From the NCBI GenBank assembly GCA_963803435.1, contig CAWDML010000003.1, positions 1 through 64,000 of the forward strand: a stretch of DNA of 64,000 nt. The letters run 5' to 3'. Numbering within the stretch: the stretch's first letter is position 1; each line of letters opens with the position of its first letter. The notes under the pieces are model-generated. The model saw nothing but the letters and a program-made list of their open reading frames with translations. It was not told where the DNA came from and made no database searches. Of the stretch, positions 9,470 through 19,087 are shown piece by piece. The DNA comes from an uncultured delta proteobacterium. Lineage in GTDB: Bacteria > Myxococcota > Kuafuiibacteriia > Kuafuiibacteriales > Kuafuiibacteriaceae. A program made the position numbers and the translations under genes.

Positions 9470-11821
9470 CTAGCTTAGAAGCGGGGCGAGCTTGTCCGGA
9501 TCGAAGGGCTTGACCAGGTGGTGATCGAAGCCGGCCTCGCGCGCCGCCTCTCGATCCTGCTGCTGACCATAGCCGGTGAGCGCGATGAGGCGGATATGGT
9601 CGAGCCCGTCCACCGCTCTCAGACGTCGGGCCAGCTCGTACCCGTCCATGACCGGGAGGCCGATGTCGAGGACCGCGATCTCCGGGAGGAACGTGGTCGC
9701 CTCCTCGAGCGCCTGTGGCCCGTCGTGCGCGACCGCCGTCCGGTGACCGCGCTGCTCTAGATAGTCGGCCAGCAGATCGGCGGCGTCGGGGTTGTCGTCG
9801 ACCACCAGCACCCGCATCGGGTGGATCGCCAACTTCTGACGCTGGCGCTGCACGGCCGCGCTCTTCGACGGCGTGCGCGGCACGGCCAGGGGGAGCGTCA
9901 GCTCGAACTGGCTGCCGTGCCCGAGGCCCTCGCTGGAGGCGCGGATCGTTCCGCCGTGCAGCTCCACCAGGCTCTTGGCGATCGTGAGCCCGATGCCGAG
10001 ACCGCCCTGCGCGCGATCGAGCGTCTGCTCCCCCTGAACGAAGAGGTCGAACATCTTCGGCGCCAGATCCGGCGAGATGCCCACGCCGCTGTCCCGCACC
10101 GAGATGACCACCTGGCGGTCCCGCCTCTTCGCGGCCACGGCGATCCGGCCGTGCGGCTCAGTGTACTTGGCGGCGTTGGTCAACAGGTTCGCGATCACCT
10201 GAGCGAGCCGGACCGGGTCGCCGTTGACGACCAGCCCCTCGGACGGAAAGTCCATCGTCAGGTGGTGAGCCCGCTGCTCCAGCAGTGGGCTGGCGATCTC
10301 GATCGCGCGGCTGATCACCTGCGAGGTCTCGACGGGTTCGCGCTTCAGCTCGATCCGTCCGCGAGTGAATCGCGAGACGTCCAGGAGATCGTCGACCAGC
10401 CGGACCAGGTGGCGCACCTGACGCTCGATCACGGCGCGGGCGCGGCCGTCGATGTCTTCGCGGAGCCGCATCAGCTCGAGCGCGGTCAGGATTGGGGAGA
10501 GCGGATTACGGAGCTCGTGGCCCAGCATGGCGAGGAACTCGTCCTTCCGCCGGTTCGCCTGCTGGGTCCGCTCCTCGCTCTCCTTCAGCGCGCCGTAGAG
10601 CCGCGCGCTGTCCAGCGCGATCGCGGCGTGCGCGGCCAACCCGGCGACCAGACGCTCGTGCTCCTCGTTGAACCGCCCCGGCTGCGCATGCCCGAGGACG
10701 AGGGAGCCCAGCCGCCGCTCGCCGCCGCTGATCACCGGAACGCCCAGATAGCTGGCGATCGGAAGGCCGGCGAGGCGCGGATCGGCGCGCACGTCGTCGA
10801 CGCGGACGATGTCGTCGGACCCGATGCGCGACAGCGACGTGATCGCCTCGCTGTCTTCTCCGGAGACGCTGTACAGCAGGCGGGGCCCGGTCGCCTCGTA
10901 CTGGAAGTAGGCGCCGGTCTCGGCGCCGATCAGCGCGACGGCCTCGTCGGTGATGAGGCGGACCAGCTGGTCATGATCGTGCACGCTGGCGAACGAGGCC
11001 GACAGCACGCGCAGCTTGGAGTTGATCCGGCTCTCCTGATCGGCGCGCAGGCGGGCGTCCCGCTCGCGATCGAGGAGCTCTGCGCGCTCCTTGGCCTTGG
11101 CGCGGGCGTCCTCGGACGCCTGCTGGCGCTCGCGGTCCATCCGCTCCACCGACGCAGCAGCGAAGACGGCCAGCAGCGTGAACAGCCCCAGGTCACCCGC
11201 GACGCTGAGCGCTGCCAGGAAGCCTGCGCCATACAGCCCGCGTTCGAAGCCGATCATGCCGATCCAGGTGATGGCCATCGAGCCCGCCGAGCCGCCGAGG
11301 GCCAGGTAGCGGGCGACCACGCCGGCGGGCGTCGGCGTCATCAACAGCGCGATCGGCCGCGCGATCGGCTCGGTGAGGAGGAGGGAGATGGTCAGCGCGA
11401 TGAGTGTGGCGGTGGTGAGCGGCGCCATCGCGCCGAAGCTGAAGCCGTACACCTGATGGATCGCGCCCAAGGTCGCGATTGCCATGACCGGCGCGGCGAA
11501 CCAGGCGGCGATCCGAGCCGTCTGTGCGGAGAAGAGGTGGAGCAAGATCGCGACGCCGATCAGGAGGATGCTGATCGCCGTGACCCAGCGTCCCTCGATC
11601 ATCCGCGATCCGATGACAACGGGCGCCAGCGCGAAGAGCCCGCTGACCAGGCGGGACATGCGCGACCTCCCCAGCGCCATCAGCGCCACCGCCGACGCGC
11701 CGAGCCCGGCCGCCGTCGGCGGGTCGAGGGACTTCCATAGACCGAGCACCGCCAAGCCGGCGGCAACGGCCGCGACCGAACGACGAGCTCGGCCGAGCCA
11801 CCTCGGAGCGATCACGTCCAC
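9470..11821 (-). CDS. Membrane hybrid sensor histidine kinase (TM-GAF-HisKA-HATPase-REC)
   Basis: N-terminal TM helices, GAF segment, EFLAMLGHELRNPL, NLLTNAAKY, GGLGIGL and receiver VLVVDD..LDIGLP. Confidence 0.92.
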   Translation of the reverse strand: MDVIAPRWLGRARRSVAAVAAGLAVLGLWKSLDPPTAAGLGASAVALMALGRSRMSRLVSGLFALAPVVIGSRMIEGRWVTAISILLIGVAILLHLFSAQTARIAAWFAAPVMAIATLGAIHQVYGFSFGAMAPLTTATLIALTISLLLTEPIARPIALLMTPTPAGVVARYLALGGSAGSMAITWIGMIGFERGLYGAGFLAALSVAGDLGLFTLLAVFAAASVERMDRERQQASEDARAKAKERAELLDRERDARLRADQESRINSKLRVLSASFASVHDHDQLVRLITDEAVALIGAETGAYFQYEATGPRLLYSVSGEDSEAITSLSRIGSDDIVRVDDVRADPRLAGLPIASYLGVPVISGGERRLGSLVLGHAQPGRFNEEHERLVAGLAAHAAIALDSARLYGALKESEERTQQANRRKDEFLAMLGHELRNPLSPILTALELMRLREDIDGRARAVIERQVRHLVRLVDDLLDVSRFTRGRIELKREPVETSQVISRAIEIASPLLEQRAHHLTMDFPSEGLVVNGDPVRLAQVIANLLTNAAKYTEPHGRIAVAAKRRDRQVVISVRDSGVGISPDLAPKMFDLFVQGEQTLDRAQGGLGIGLTIAKSLVELHGGTIRASSEGLGHGSQFELTLPLAVPRTPSKSAAVQRQRQKLAIHPMRVLVVDDNPDAADLLADYLEQRGHRTAVAHDGPQALEEATTFLPEIAVLDIGLPVMDGYELARRLRAVDGLDHIRLIALTGYGQQQDREAAREAGFDHHLVKPFDPDKLAPLLS

Positions 11822-11911
11822 ACCTCTACATCCCGAATCGACCGGGTGTTCGTCAACGCGAACGACTAGAGGCAGTTTGCCCCGCGAAATGATGTCGCGC
11901 CGAGCGTGGCG

Positions 11912-13189
11912 TTATAGAAAAACGATCGCCATCAGGATCCAGAGCGGGCCCAGGATACCGATCGACCACATCATGTATCCGAAGAATGTGGGTGTCTTGA
12001 AGCCCGCCTCGTCGCAGATCGACTTCACCATGAAGTTGGGCCCGTTTCCGATGTACGTGTTCGCGCCCATGAGCACCGAGCCGAGGCTGATCGCCCGCAG
12101 CAGCGGCTCCGCCACGCCGGTGCTCGCCACCAGGCGGCCGGCGCTCGCGCCGAGCGAACGGGCCACCTCGAAGAACGTAACGTAGGTGGGCGCATTGTCC
12201 AGGAAGCTGGAGAGGAGGCCGCTGGCGAAGAAGAAGTGGACCGGCTTGGTGAGGCCCATCTCGGGTCCGTGCTCACCGAGGAGGTCGAGGGCGGGCTGCA
12301 TCGTCACGAAGATCGCGATGAAGAGGATCGCGACCTCGGCGATCGGGTGATAGGTGAAGCCGTTCTCTTCGCGCAGGCTCTTCTTGGTCGTGATCAGGGA
12401 GAGGACCGACGCAGCGACCATCGTCGCCTCGCGCCAGCCCAGCGGGAGAAACGCGACCGAGCAGACGATCGCCAACAGAAAGATCAGATTGTGGGCGCCG
12501 GCGACCGACACCGGCTTCTTCTCGAACTCGGGCATCGCGCCTTCGCTGCGGGTCGCGCGCCAGTCGATCAAGAAGAAGAGCAGGACGATGATTCCATTGA
12601 CGAACAGCCACTCGGGCAAGAGATGGAACGTCCACCCGAACGGTACCCCGCGCAGATAGCCGAGGAACAACGGCGGGTCTCCGAGGGGCGTCAGCAGGCC
12701 GCCGGCGTTGGAGACCGCGAAGATGAAAAAGATGGGGATGTGGCGCGTGTAAGTGCGGATCTGGTTCGCGCGCAGGAACGGCCGGATCAGCAGCATCGAG
12801 GCGCCGGTCGTCCCGATGAAGCTGGCGAGCGCGGCGCCCAGGATCAGGAGCCCCGTGTTCACGTAGGGGCTGGTCTTGAGATCGCCCCGGAGCACCATGC
12901 CGCCCGAGACCATGTAGAGGCTTCCCAGCAACAGGATGAACTGGGCGTACTCCGTGCCTGCGTGGAGGAGCAGGTGCGGGTCGATCACCAGGAGGTAGAT
13001 CGCGGTGGGCACCGCGATGATCCCGGCGAAGAGGGCCTTGCTCTTGTTCTTCTCCCACCAGTGGGATCTCACCAGCGGGAGGATTGCGATCCCGAGCAGC
13101 ACCAGGACGAACGGGATGATGGCCGGGTAGGGGAGATGGCGCGCGTGTTCCAGGCGGATGCTTCTAAGAGGTGACGCGCTCCGGGGCAA
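11912..13189 (-). CDS. Putative sodium:proton antiporter / ion-transporter superfamily membrane protein
   Basis: Highly hydrophobic, with IGTTGASMLLIRP, NAGGLLTPLGDPPLFLG, SSFLDNAPTY and GANTYIGNGPNFMVK. Start uncertain. Confidence 0.85.
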   Translation of the reverse strand: MPRSASPLRSIRLEHARHLPYPAIIPFVLVLLGIAILPLVRSHWWEKNKSKALFAGIIAVPTAIYLLVIDPHLLLHAGTEYAQFILLLGSLYMVSGGMVLRGDLKTSPYVNTGLLILGAALASFIGTTGASMLLIRPFLRANQIRTYTRHIPIFFIFAVSNAGGLLTPLGDPPLFLGYLRGVPFGWTFHLLPEWLFVNGIIVLLFFLIDWRATRSEGAMPEFEKKPVSVAGAHNLIFLLAIVCSVAFLPLGWREATMVAASVLSLITTKKSLREENGFTYHPIAEVAILFIAIFVTMQPALDLLGEHGPEMGLTKPVHFFFASGLLSSFLDNAPTYVTFFEVARSLGASAGRLVASTGVAEPLLRAISLGSVLMGANTYIGNGPNFMVKSICDEAGFKTPTFFGYMMWSIGILGPLWILMAIVFL

Positions 13190-14600
13190 GGAGGAAGCGT
13201 TCTTTGCTCCGGGTGGCGCGGCCGTCCTCCACGAGCTTGAGGAGATGCGCCAGGCAGGATCGTTCGGCGAGCGGCCAGATGCTTCGGGGCGTGTCGTCGT
13301 ACGCGAGCTCGAGCAGCTCCTCCGCCGTCGCGGGCCCCTTCGTGGCGAGCGCCGCCAGCACCTTGGCCTCGCGCATCGAGCGGTGCGCCACGTACGCGTC
13401 CAGCTTCCGATGGCCGTCCAGGATCGGCTGGCCGTGCGCCGGGAAGAGGATCTTCTGGGGCAGCGCCCGGAGTCGGCGGAGCTGTCGGAGATACTCGGCC
13501 ATGTTGCCGTCGGTCGGATCGACGATGATCGTGCCGATCGACGCCACCATGTCGCCGACGATCAGCGCCCCCGCGCCGGGACGGAGGTCGTCGAGCACCA
13601 GGTGCCCAGGCGCGTGTCCGGGCGTGAACAGCGCTCCCAGCGCCAGCTCGTTCCCGGCGCGGTCCCTTCCCAGCTCGATCCGATCACCCTCGTCGATCGT
13701 CTGGTCCACGCTGATCCGTCCCTCGATCAGATCGCGCGTGATCGGGTGAGCCAGCACCGGACACCCGAGCTCCCGCCGTAGCCAGTTGGCGGCGCCGACG
13801 TGATCGCGGTGGTGGTGCGTGAGCAGGATGCCTTGCACCTTCTGCCCGAGCTGCTCGATCAGCTCGAGGAGCATCTCCCGCTGGGACAGCTCGTAGGTGG
13901 CGGGGTCGACCACCAGCAGGCGCTCGTGTCCGATCACGTACGCGTTCGTGTGCTCGGCCGGGGGAAGCGTCGGCGTCCGCAGCGGGAGCTGGCGGATGCC
14001 GGACACCGGCTCGAACTCAATCCATCGCGCGGTATCGATGGCGCGCAGGCGGGCGGCCGCTCCGCTGGCACCGTGCTCGAGCGCCTCCAGCGAGAGGAGC
14101 GTGGGGGGCGGGAGGACGAGCTCGAAGCGGCGCCAGCGATCGAGCCAGTCAGCGGCGCGCTCGAACCGCACCCACTCGAACTCGGAGGGCGTCGCCGCGG
14201 CGTCCCCCCAATCCTCGACGTCGACCAGGAAGAACCGGGTGTCGAAGCGCACCGGTGAGTAGTCGGGCGTGAGCCAGCGTCCGGCGGGCTCGAACCGATC
14301 GGCCTCCACGGCGAGCCCGAGCGTCTCGAGCGGCCGCCCGCGCTCCTCCGCAGAGAGCGGTCGCACGCGACGTCCGTCGACGATCAGCCCGGTCTCCTCC
14401 GCGAGCTCCCGGAGCGCACAGCACAGGAGCGGATCGAGGCCGAGCCGGGCGGCTGCGCGCTGGTCCGCCTCCTCCAGCGCGCCCCCGGGGAACGCACAAT
14501 ATCCGCCGAGGAACGCGATGTCGCGGCTGCGCTCACCGAGGAGCACCGCGCCGTTGCCCGTCGTCACCAGGAGGGAGGCGGCATCGATCGGGCCCTTCAT
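13164..14600 (-). CDS. NUDIX domain plus LACTB2-like metallo-beta-lactamase-fold hydrolase fusion
   Basis: FPGG..ALRELAEETG Nudix box and RFDTRFF; LTHHHRDH, TPGHAPGH, GDM and PAHG MBL motifs; C-terminal winged-helix-like tail. Confidence 0.88.
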   Translation of the reverse strand: MKGPIDAASLLVTTGNGAVLLGERSRDIAFLGGYCAFPGGALEEADQRAAARLGLDPLLCCALRELAEETGLIVDGRRVRPLSAEERGRPLETLGLAVEADRFEPAGRWLTPDYSPVRFDTRFFLVDVEDWGDAAATPSEFEWVRFERAADWLDRWRRFELVLPPPTLLSLEALEHGASGAAARLRAIDTARWIEFEPVSGIRQLPLRTPTLPPAEHTNAYVIGHERLLVVDPATYELSQREMLLELIEQLGQKVQGILLTHHHRDHVGAANWLRRELGCPVLAHPITRDLIEGRISVDQTIDEGDRIELGRDRAGNELALGALFTPGHAPGHLVLDDLRPGAGALIVGDMVASIGTIIVDPTDGNMAEYLRQLRRLRALPQKILFPAHGQPILDGHRKLDAYVAHRSMREAKVLAALATKGPATAEELLELAYDDTPRSIWPLAERSCLAHLLKLVEDGRATRSKERFLLAPERVTS

Positions 14601-14607
14601 CTCGAGG

Positions 14608-15882
14608 CTACTCCTTTAGCCGGATCCCCAGGATCCGGTAGCGGCGGTCGAGCCGGCCGTCCATCGATTCGATGGCGCGGTTGATCAGGTCGTTGTCCTC
14701 GAGGGTCCATCCGATCTCGCCGCCGTTGATGCCGATGTCGAGGGCGCGCAGGACGGTCTCGACGAACATGACCGATTCGAGGCCGCGCTTGCGGTACTCG
14801 GGGATGACGCCCAGCGTGTAGAGGCGGCCCTTGTCGACCTTCTTGCGCTGGGTGAGGAACTTCCACCAGGCGAAAGGCAGCAGCCGGCCGTTCTTGGGCA
14901 TGGCCTCGTTGATGTTGGGCAGGGTCCCTGCGAAGCCCACCGGGCGGCCCTCGACCTCCACGAATATGAAGAGCTCGGGGATCAACACCAGCTCCAGATC
15001 GGCGGCCAGGAACATGAACTCTTCCTTGGAGATCGGGACGAAGCCCCAGTTCTTCTGCCAGGCCGCCAGATAGATCTCGAAGATACGCTCCTTCTCCCGC
15101 TCGGGCTCCTTCATGTTCACGTGCCGGAACGTGAAGTTCTCGCGCTTCTTGATCCGCTCGGCGATGCGGAGGATCCGGGAGCGGTTCTTGGTCTCCATCC
15201 CCTCGGCGACGTCGATCCACCAGACCAGCAGGTCCTTCGCCTTGCCCAGACCGAACGAGGTCAGGAGGCCCTCGTACCAGCTCGCGTTGTAGGTCTCCTC
15301 GACGAACGGCGGTCGGCCGAAGTTCTCCACCAGCAGCCCGCACTGGTGATTGGTGGTGAAGTTCATCGGGCCGTACATCTCCTCGCAGCCCTTCGACTTC
15401 AGAAACTCGACGCCGTCGTGGAGCATTGCGTGCGCGACCTTCTTGTCGTCGATGCACTCGAAGAACCCGAAGAAGCCGGTCTGCGACTGGTGGTACGCGT
15501 TGTAGCTGCGATCGACGTGCGCGGTCATGCGCCCGACCGGTCTGCCGTCCTTCCAGGCGATGATCGCGCGGACGTCGAAGTTCTTGAACGCCGGGTTCTT
15601 GGCGGGGTTCAGGAACTTCATGAACTGCATTCGCAGCGGAGCGATGTAGTTCGGGTCGCCGGCGTAGATGGGGTCGGCCATGTCCAGGAACAGGCTGCGG
15701 TCCGATCGCTTGGCCAGATCGACCGTCCGGATCTCGACGCCGGTGTAATCGGTGACACGGGTGTCGAGCGCCGACTCGAAGGAGGGCACGTCCGGCGGTT
15801 TGCCGAATCGATAGGCCTCCCGATCATCCAGCGCGTCGTCGCGGTCTTTCGCGGTTTCCGGGCTCTCCAACGTCGATTGCAC
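14608..15882 (-). CDS. GNAT-fold acyltransferase resembling bacterial ceramide synthase (bCerS-like)
   Basis: DPNYIAPL..NPAF, VGRMTAHVD, GFFGFFE, GPMNFTTNHQCGLLVENF, KAKDL, LGVIPEYRKRG and GWTLEDN. GTG start at 15882 follows TAGGAG. Confidence 0.75.
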   Translation of the reverse strand: MQSTLESPETAKDRDDALDDREAYRFGKPPDVPSFESALDTRVTDYTGVEIRTVDLAKRSDRSLFLDMADPIYAGDPNYIAPLRMQFMKFLNPAKNPAFKNFDVRAIIAWKDGRPVGRMTAHVDRSYNAYHQSQTGFFGFFECIDDKKVAHAMLHDGVEFLKSKGCEEMYGPMNFTTNHQCGLLVENFGRPPFVEETYNASWYEGLLTSFGLGKAKDLLVWWIDVAEGMETKNRSRILRIAERIKKRENFTFRHVNMKEPEREKERIFEIYLAAWQKNWGFVPISKEEFMFLAADLELVLIPELFIFVEVEGRPVGFAGTLPNINEAMPKNGRLLPFAWWKFLTQRKKVDKGRLYTLGVIPEYRKRGLESVMFVETVLRALDIGINGGEIGWTLEDNDLINRAIESMDGRLDRRYRILGIRLKE

Positions 15883-15892
15883 GCGATCGCTC

Positions 15893-16891
15893 CTACAGCC
15901 AGCCTTCTCGTCGATACCACTCGAAGGTCTGGAGAATACCGGCGTCCAGATCGAACGTCGGCGCATATCCAAAGTCCCGCTGGGCGGCGTCGTGGGTGCA
16001 GGTCCAGGCCTTCTGCTTGCCCATGATCGCCTTCTGCCGGTTGAGCATCCGGGGCTTCTTGTCGAGGGTGGTGAGCAGCTCGCCACCGACCGCGGCCAGC
16101 GGCACCAGGAAGCCGGGCAGATCGAGCTCCCGCACCTTGGTCCGCCCCGACAGCGCGATCAAACGCTGCTGGAACTGCTCCCAGCTCACGGGGTGGCCGT
16201 CGCAGATGAAGTAGCCGCGGCCGATCGCGTTCTCCGAGACGGCCGCCTGCAGGATCGCGTCGACGACGTCGTCGACGTGGACCGCGGAGAACCAGCGGTG
16301 CCGGTTGCCGAAGTAGACCGTCAGGCCCTTCTCGACCTGCTTGAACAGCTCGAAGTAGTCGACGTCGCCGGGTCCGTACACGCCGCCTGGCCGGATGATC
16401 GTGTACGGGATGGCGTCGTCCCGCTCGAGCACCCGCTCGGCCTCCAGCTTGCTCTTGCCGTAGTGCTCGATCGGCGCGGGCGGCATGTCCTCGCGCATCG
16501 GCTGGTCGGGGGCCGGGGCCGGCCCGTACGCCGCCAGCGAGGAGACCAGCACGAAGCGCTTGGGAGTCACGCGGGCCCGAGTCAATGCGGCCAACAGGTT
16601 CTCCGTCGGCATCACGTTGGCCCGCTGGAAGTCTTCGTAGCTGACGCCCTTGGTGGCGCCGGCCACGTGAAAGACGTAGCTCGGTCTCTCCTGTGCCATC
16701 AGCTCGGTGAGCGCACCGAGATCCGCGTAGTCGACCACCGCCGAACGCCCCTCGGTCGGTTCGGGCGATCGAGGACGTCTGAGCGCCACCACGTCGCCGC
16801 CCTGGCGGAGCAGCCGCTCCCGGAGCCGGCCGCCGATGAAGCCGCTGGCGCCGGTGATCATCGCGATACCCCGTATCACCGGTCCCGTCAT
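15893..16891 (-). CDS. NAD-dependent epimerase/dehydratase-family (extended SDR) oxidoreductase
   Basis: ITGASGFIG, VSSLAAYG, YGKSK and IIRPGGVYGPGD. Confidence 0.9.
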   Translation of the reverse strand: MTGPVIRGIAMITGASGFIGGRLRERLLRQGGDVVALRRPRSPEPTEGRSAVVDYADLGALTELMAQERPSYVFHVAGATKGVSYEDFQRANVMPTENLLAALTRARVTPKRFVLVSSLAAYGPAPAPDQPMREDMPPAPIEHYGKSKLEAERVLERDDAIPYTIIRPGGVYGPGDVDYFELFKQVEKGLTVYFGNRHRWFSAVHVDDVVDAILQAAVSENAIGRGYFICDGHPVSWEQFQQRLIALSGRTKVRELDLPGFLVPLAAVGGELLTTLDKKPRMLNRQKAIMGKQKAWTCTHDAAQRDFGYAPTFDLDAGILQTFEWYRREGWL

Positions 16892-16935
16892 GCGCGCGCA
16901 GTTCTGGATCCGAGATCCAGGTTTGGCAAGCGTAC

Positions 16936-18249
16936 GTGTATCCTCGATGGGTGCCGGGGAGGCTCGGGGCCGCCGCGTTGATGCTGTCGTCGTGCGCGTA
17001 CGGCGAGGTGATCGTCATCGACAGGATCCCGGAGGAGGCGCCCGAATCCACGGCGCTCCTCGCCTTCCATCACGACGACCGGACCGAGGTCTTCGTGTAC
17101 GCGCTCCCCCTCACGGCGCCGATCCGGCCCCCGATCTCCACCGATGACCCGGCGGCCCAGCTGGAGCTCCTCCTGTTCTCGCAGCCGGTCGAGCGGCTCT
17201 TCCCCGGCCAGGGCCGGCTCCTTCCCGGCAGCGGCACCGATCCGATCCCCGGAGCCGACTCGGTCTTCACCGCGGACGTCTTCGACGGGGACGGCGCCTG
17301 GGAGCTTCGCGAGGGTCGATCGCCCGCGCTCGACGCGTTCCGGTATCGAGATCCGCGCGGCGATCCCTGCCGGATCACGACGCGGGCGATCCAACTGCAG
17401 ACGGAGGAGTCGCTCGCCGAGCTCGTCGAGGGCGACGCCGGCGCGCTCTACGCGGTGGTCGAGGAGGCGCCCGGGTTGTTTCGGGTCTCGGGGGATCGGA
17501 GCACGCCGATCGAGGTGGTGCCTCCCGTGAGCGCCGAGACCGCGACGCTCGACGACGGCGTGCTCTGGGTGGTCACCGCCACCGGCTCCCTCATGGCCGG
17601 ACCGATCATCGACGATCGGGTCGAGCTCGACCTCCAGCCGACCTCGAGGAACGCCGGGCTGCGCTGGCTGATCCCGAACCCGTACGCGGACGGTCTCCTG
17701 GGGATGAGCCGCAAGTCCGAGCTCACCGACGTCACCGGCGGCCGCGTGCTCCACACGCTCCCGGTCGACGGCGCCACCAATCAGGGGAGCCTGGTCTACG
17801 CGGACGCCGTGTACTTCACCACGGTCAAGTCACCGGTCCTCGGCCGCTGGGACGGACAGACCTTCGAGGATATCCGGATCCCCGACGACTTCGGCAGCGC
17901 GGTCGCGTTCGTCGAAGGCATCGGCGTGCTCGTCGGCTCCTTCACGGGCCGGATCTTCCGCCTCAGCGACAATCACGAGCTGCTCCCGTTCGTGGACACC
18001 GGCATGTCGAGCGCCTACACCATCGTCCCCTTTCCCGGCGGTTTCGTGGCGGGCGGAGACCGCGGCTCGCTCTTCCGCTGGGGCGAGGGCGACCGCACCT
18101 GCGCGCTCCTCGGCCTCGAGGCCGAGGACCTGGCGCTCACCGCGCCCTTCTTGGGGGGCGCAGCCTTCGCGCCGACCTCGCACAGGGATCGCTCGCTCGC
18201 CGGCGGACAGACGCCGATCACGATCGTGCAGTCGGACGCGGCTCAATAG
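16936..18249 (+). CDS. Hypothetical lipoprotein, probable beta-propeller
   Basis: Lipobox LMLSSC and beta-rich repeats; resembles 44140..45387. Confidence 0.7.
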   Translation: MYPRWVPGRLGAAALMLSSCAYGEVIVIDRIPEEAPESTALLAFHHDDRTEVFVYALPLTAPIRPPISTDDPAAQLELLLFSQPVERLFPGQGRLLPGSGTDPIPGADSVFTADVFDGDGAWELREGRSPALDAFRYRDPRGDPCRITTRAIQLQTEESLAELVEGDAGALYAVVEEAPGLFRVSGDRSTPIEVVPPVSAETATLDDGVLWVVTATGSLMAGPIIDDRVELDLQPTSRNAGLRWLIPNPYADGLLGMSRKSELTDVTGGRVLHTLPVDGATNQGSLVYADAVYFTTVKSPVLGRWDGQTFEDIRIPDDFGSAVAFVEGIGVLVGSFTGRIFRLSDNHELLPFVDTGMSSAYTIVPFPGGFVAGGDRGSLFRWGEGDRTCALLGLEAEDLALTAPFLGGAAFAPTSHRDRSLAGGQTPITIVQSDAAQ

Positions 18250-19061
18250 ACGCGGGCCCGCGCCTGGACGAAGGAGTAGAAGAAGACCGCGTCCGGATCG
18301 TGGGCCACGTCCGAGAGCTCGCGCTTCATCGCGTCCACCGTCTCGTCCGACACCTTGCCGGCGGCCAGCAAGCCCTCCGCGCCCGACAGCAGCAGATCCG
18401 TCCAGTAGGCGATGAACTCGGCGCGCTCGCCGGGCGAGCGGTTGTCCAGATGGATGGTCCGCACGTCGGTCTGGATGTCGTGATACCCGTTGCGAAGCAG
18501 CAGATTCCCGAGCTTGGCGCCCACGAATGGATCGCCGCCGAGCTCGAGCTGGCGATCGTTGAAGGCGGTCCAGTACGCCAGCGTGTTCGGGCTGTACGGC
18601 GCCAGGAAGAAGGTCGCGTTCTGCACCTCGGTGATGACGATCGGCGAGCCGGGACGGAGCACGCGCCGAACCTCGGAGAGCACCAGCGCGGCGTCCGCCA
18701 CGTGCTCGAGGATCCAGCAGAGGAACGCCGAGTCGAACGACTCCGAGTCGAAGCTCATGCGTCCAGCGTCGCCCAGCACCATCTCGAAGCGGTCCGTCGC
18801 GTAGGGGAGCGCCGACAGAAAGCTACGCGCCTGCTCCAGGTTGGTCGCCGCCGCGTCCAGGCCGGTGATGTGGAGGTCGGGGAAGTGCCGCAACAGGATC
18901 TCGGTCTGCGCACCGACGCCCGACCCCACCTCGAGCAAGCGCCGCGCGCGCGAGAAGGGCAGCCGATCGTGCACCCGCTGCTCGTTGAAGCGCGCCTGTC
19001 GATAGAGCCGCTTTTGCTCCTCGGAGGTGAAGCCGTGGAGATAGCCGCCGGTGGTCTTCAT
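18243..19061 (-). CDS. Class I SAM-dependent methyltransferase
   Basis: LLEVGSGVG motif I, FDSAFLCWILEHV and RRVLRPG. Confidence 0.9.
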   Translation of the reverse strand: MKTTGGYLHGFTSEEQKRLYRQARFNEQRVHDRLPFSRARRLLEVGSGVGAQTEILLRHFPDLHITGLDAAATNLEQARSFLSALPYATDRFEMVLGDAGRMSFDSESFDSAFLCWILEHVADAALVLSEVRRVLRPGSPIVITEVQNATFFLAPYSPNTLAYWTAFNDRQLELGGDPFVGAKLGNLLLRNGYHDIQTDVRTIHLDNRSPGERAEFIAYWTDLLLSGAEGLLAAGKVSDETVDAMKRELSDVAHDPDAVFFYSFVQARARVY

Positions 19062-19087
19062 CCGCTCCGTATCTTAGCAGGGGTCGG

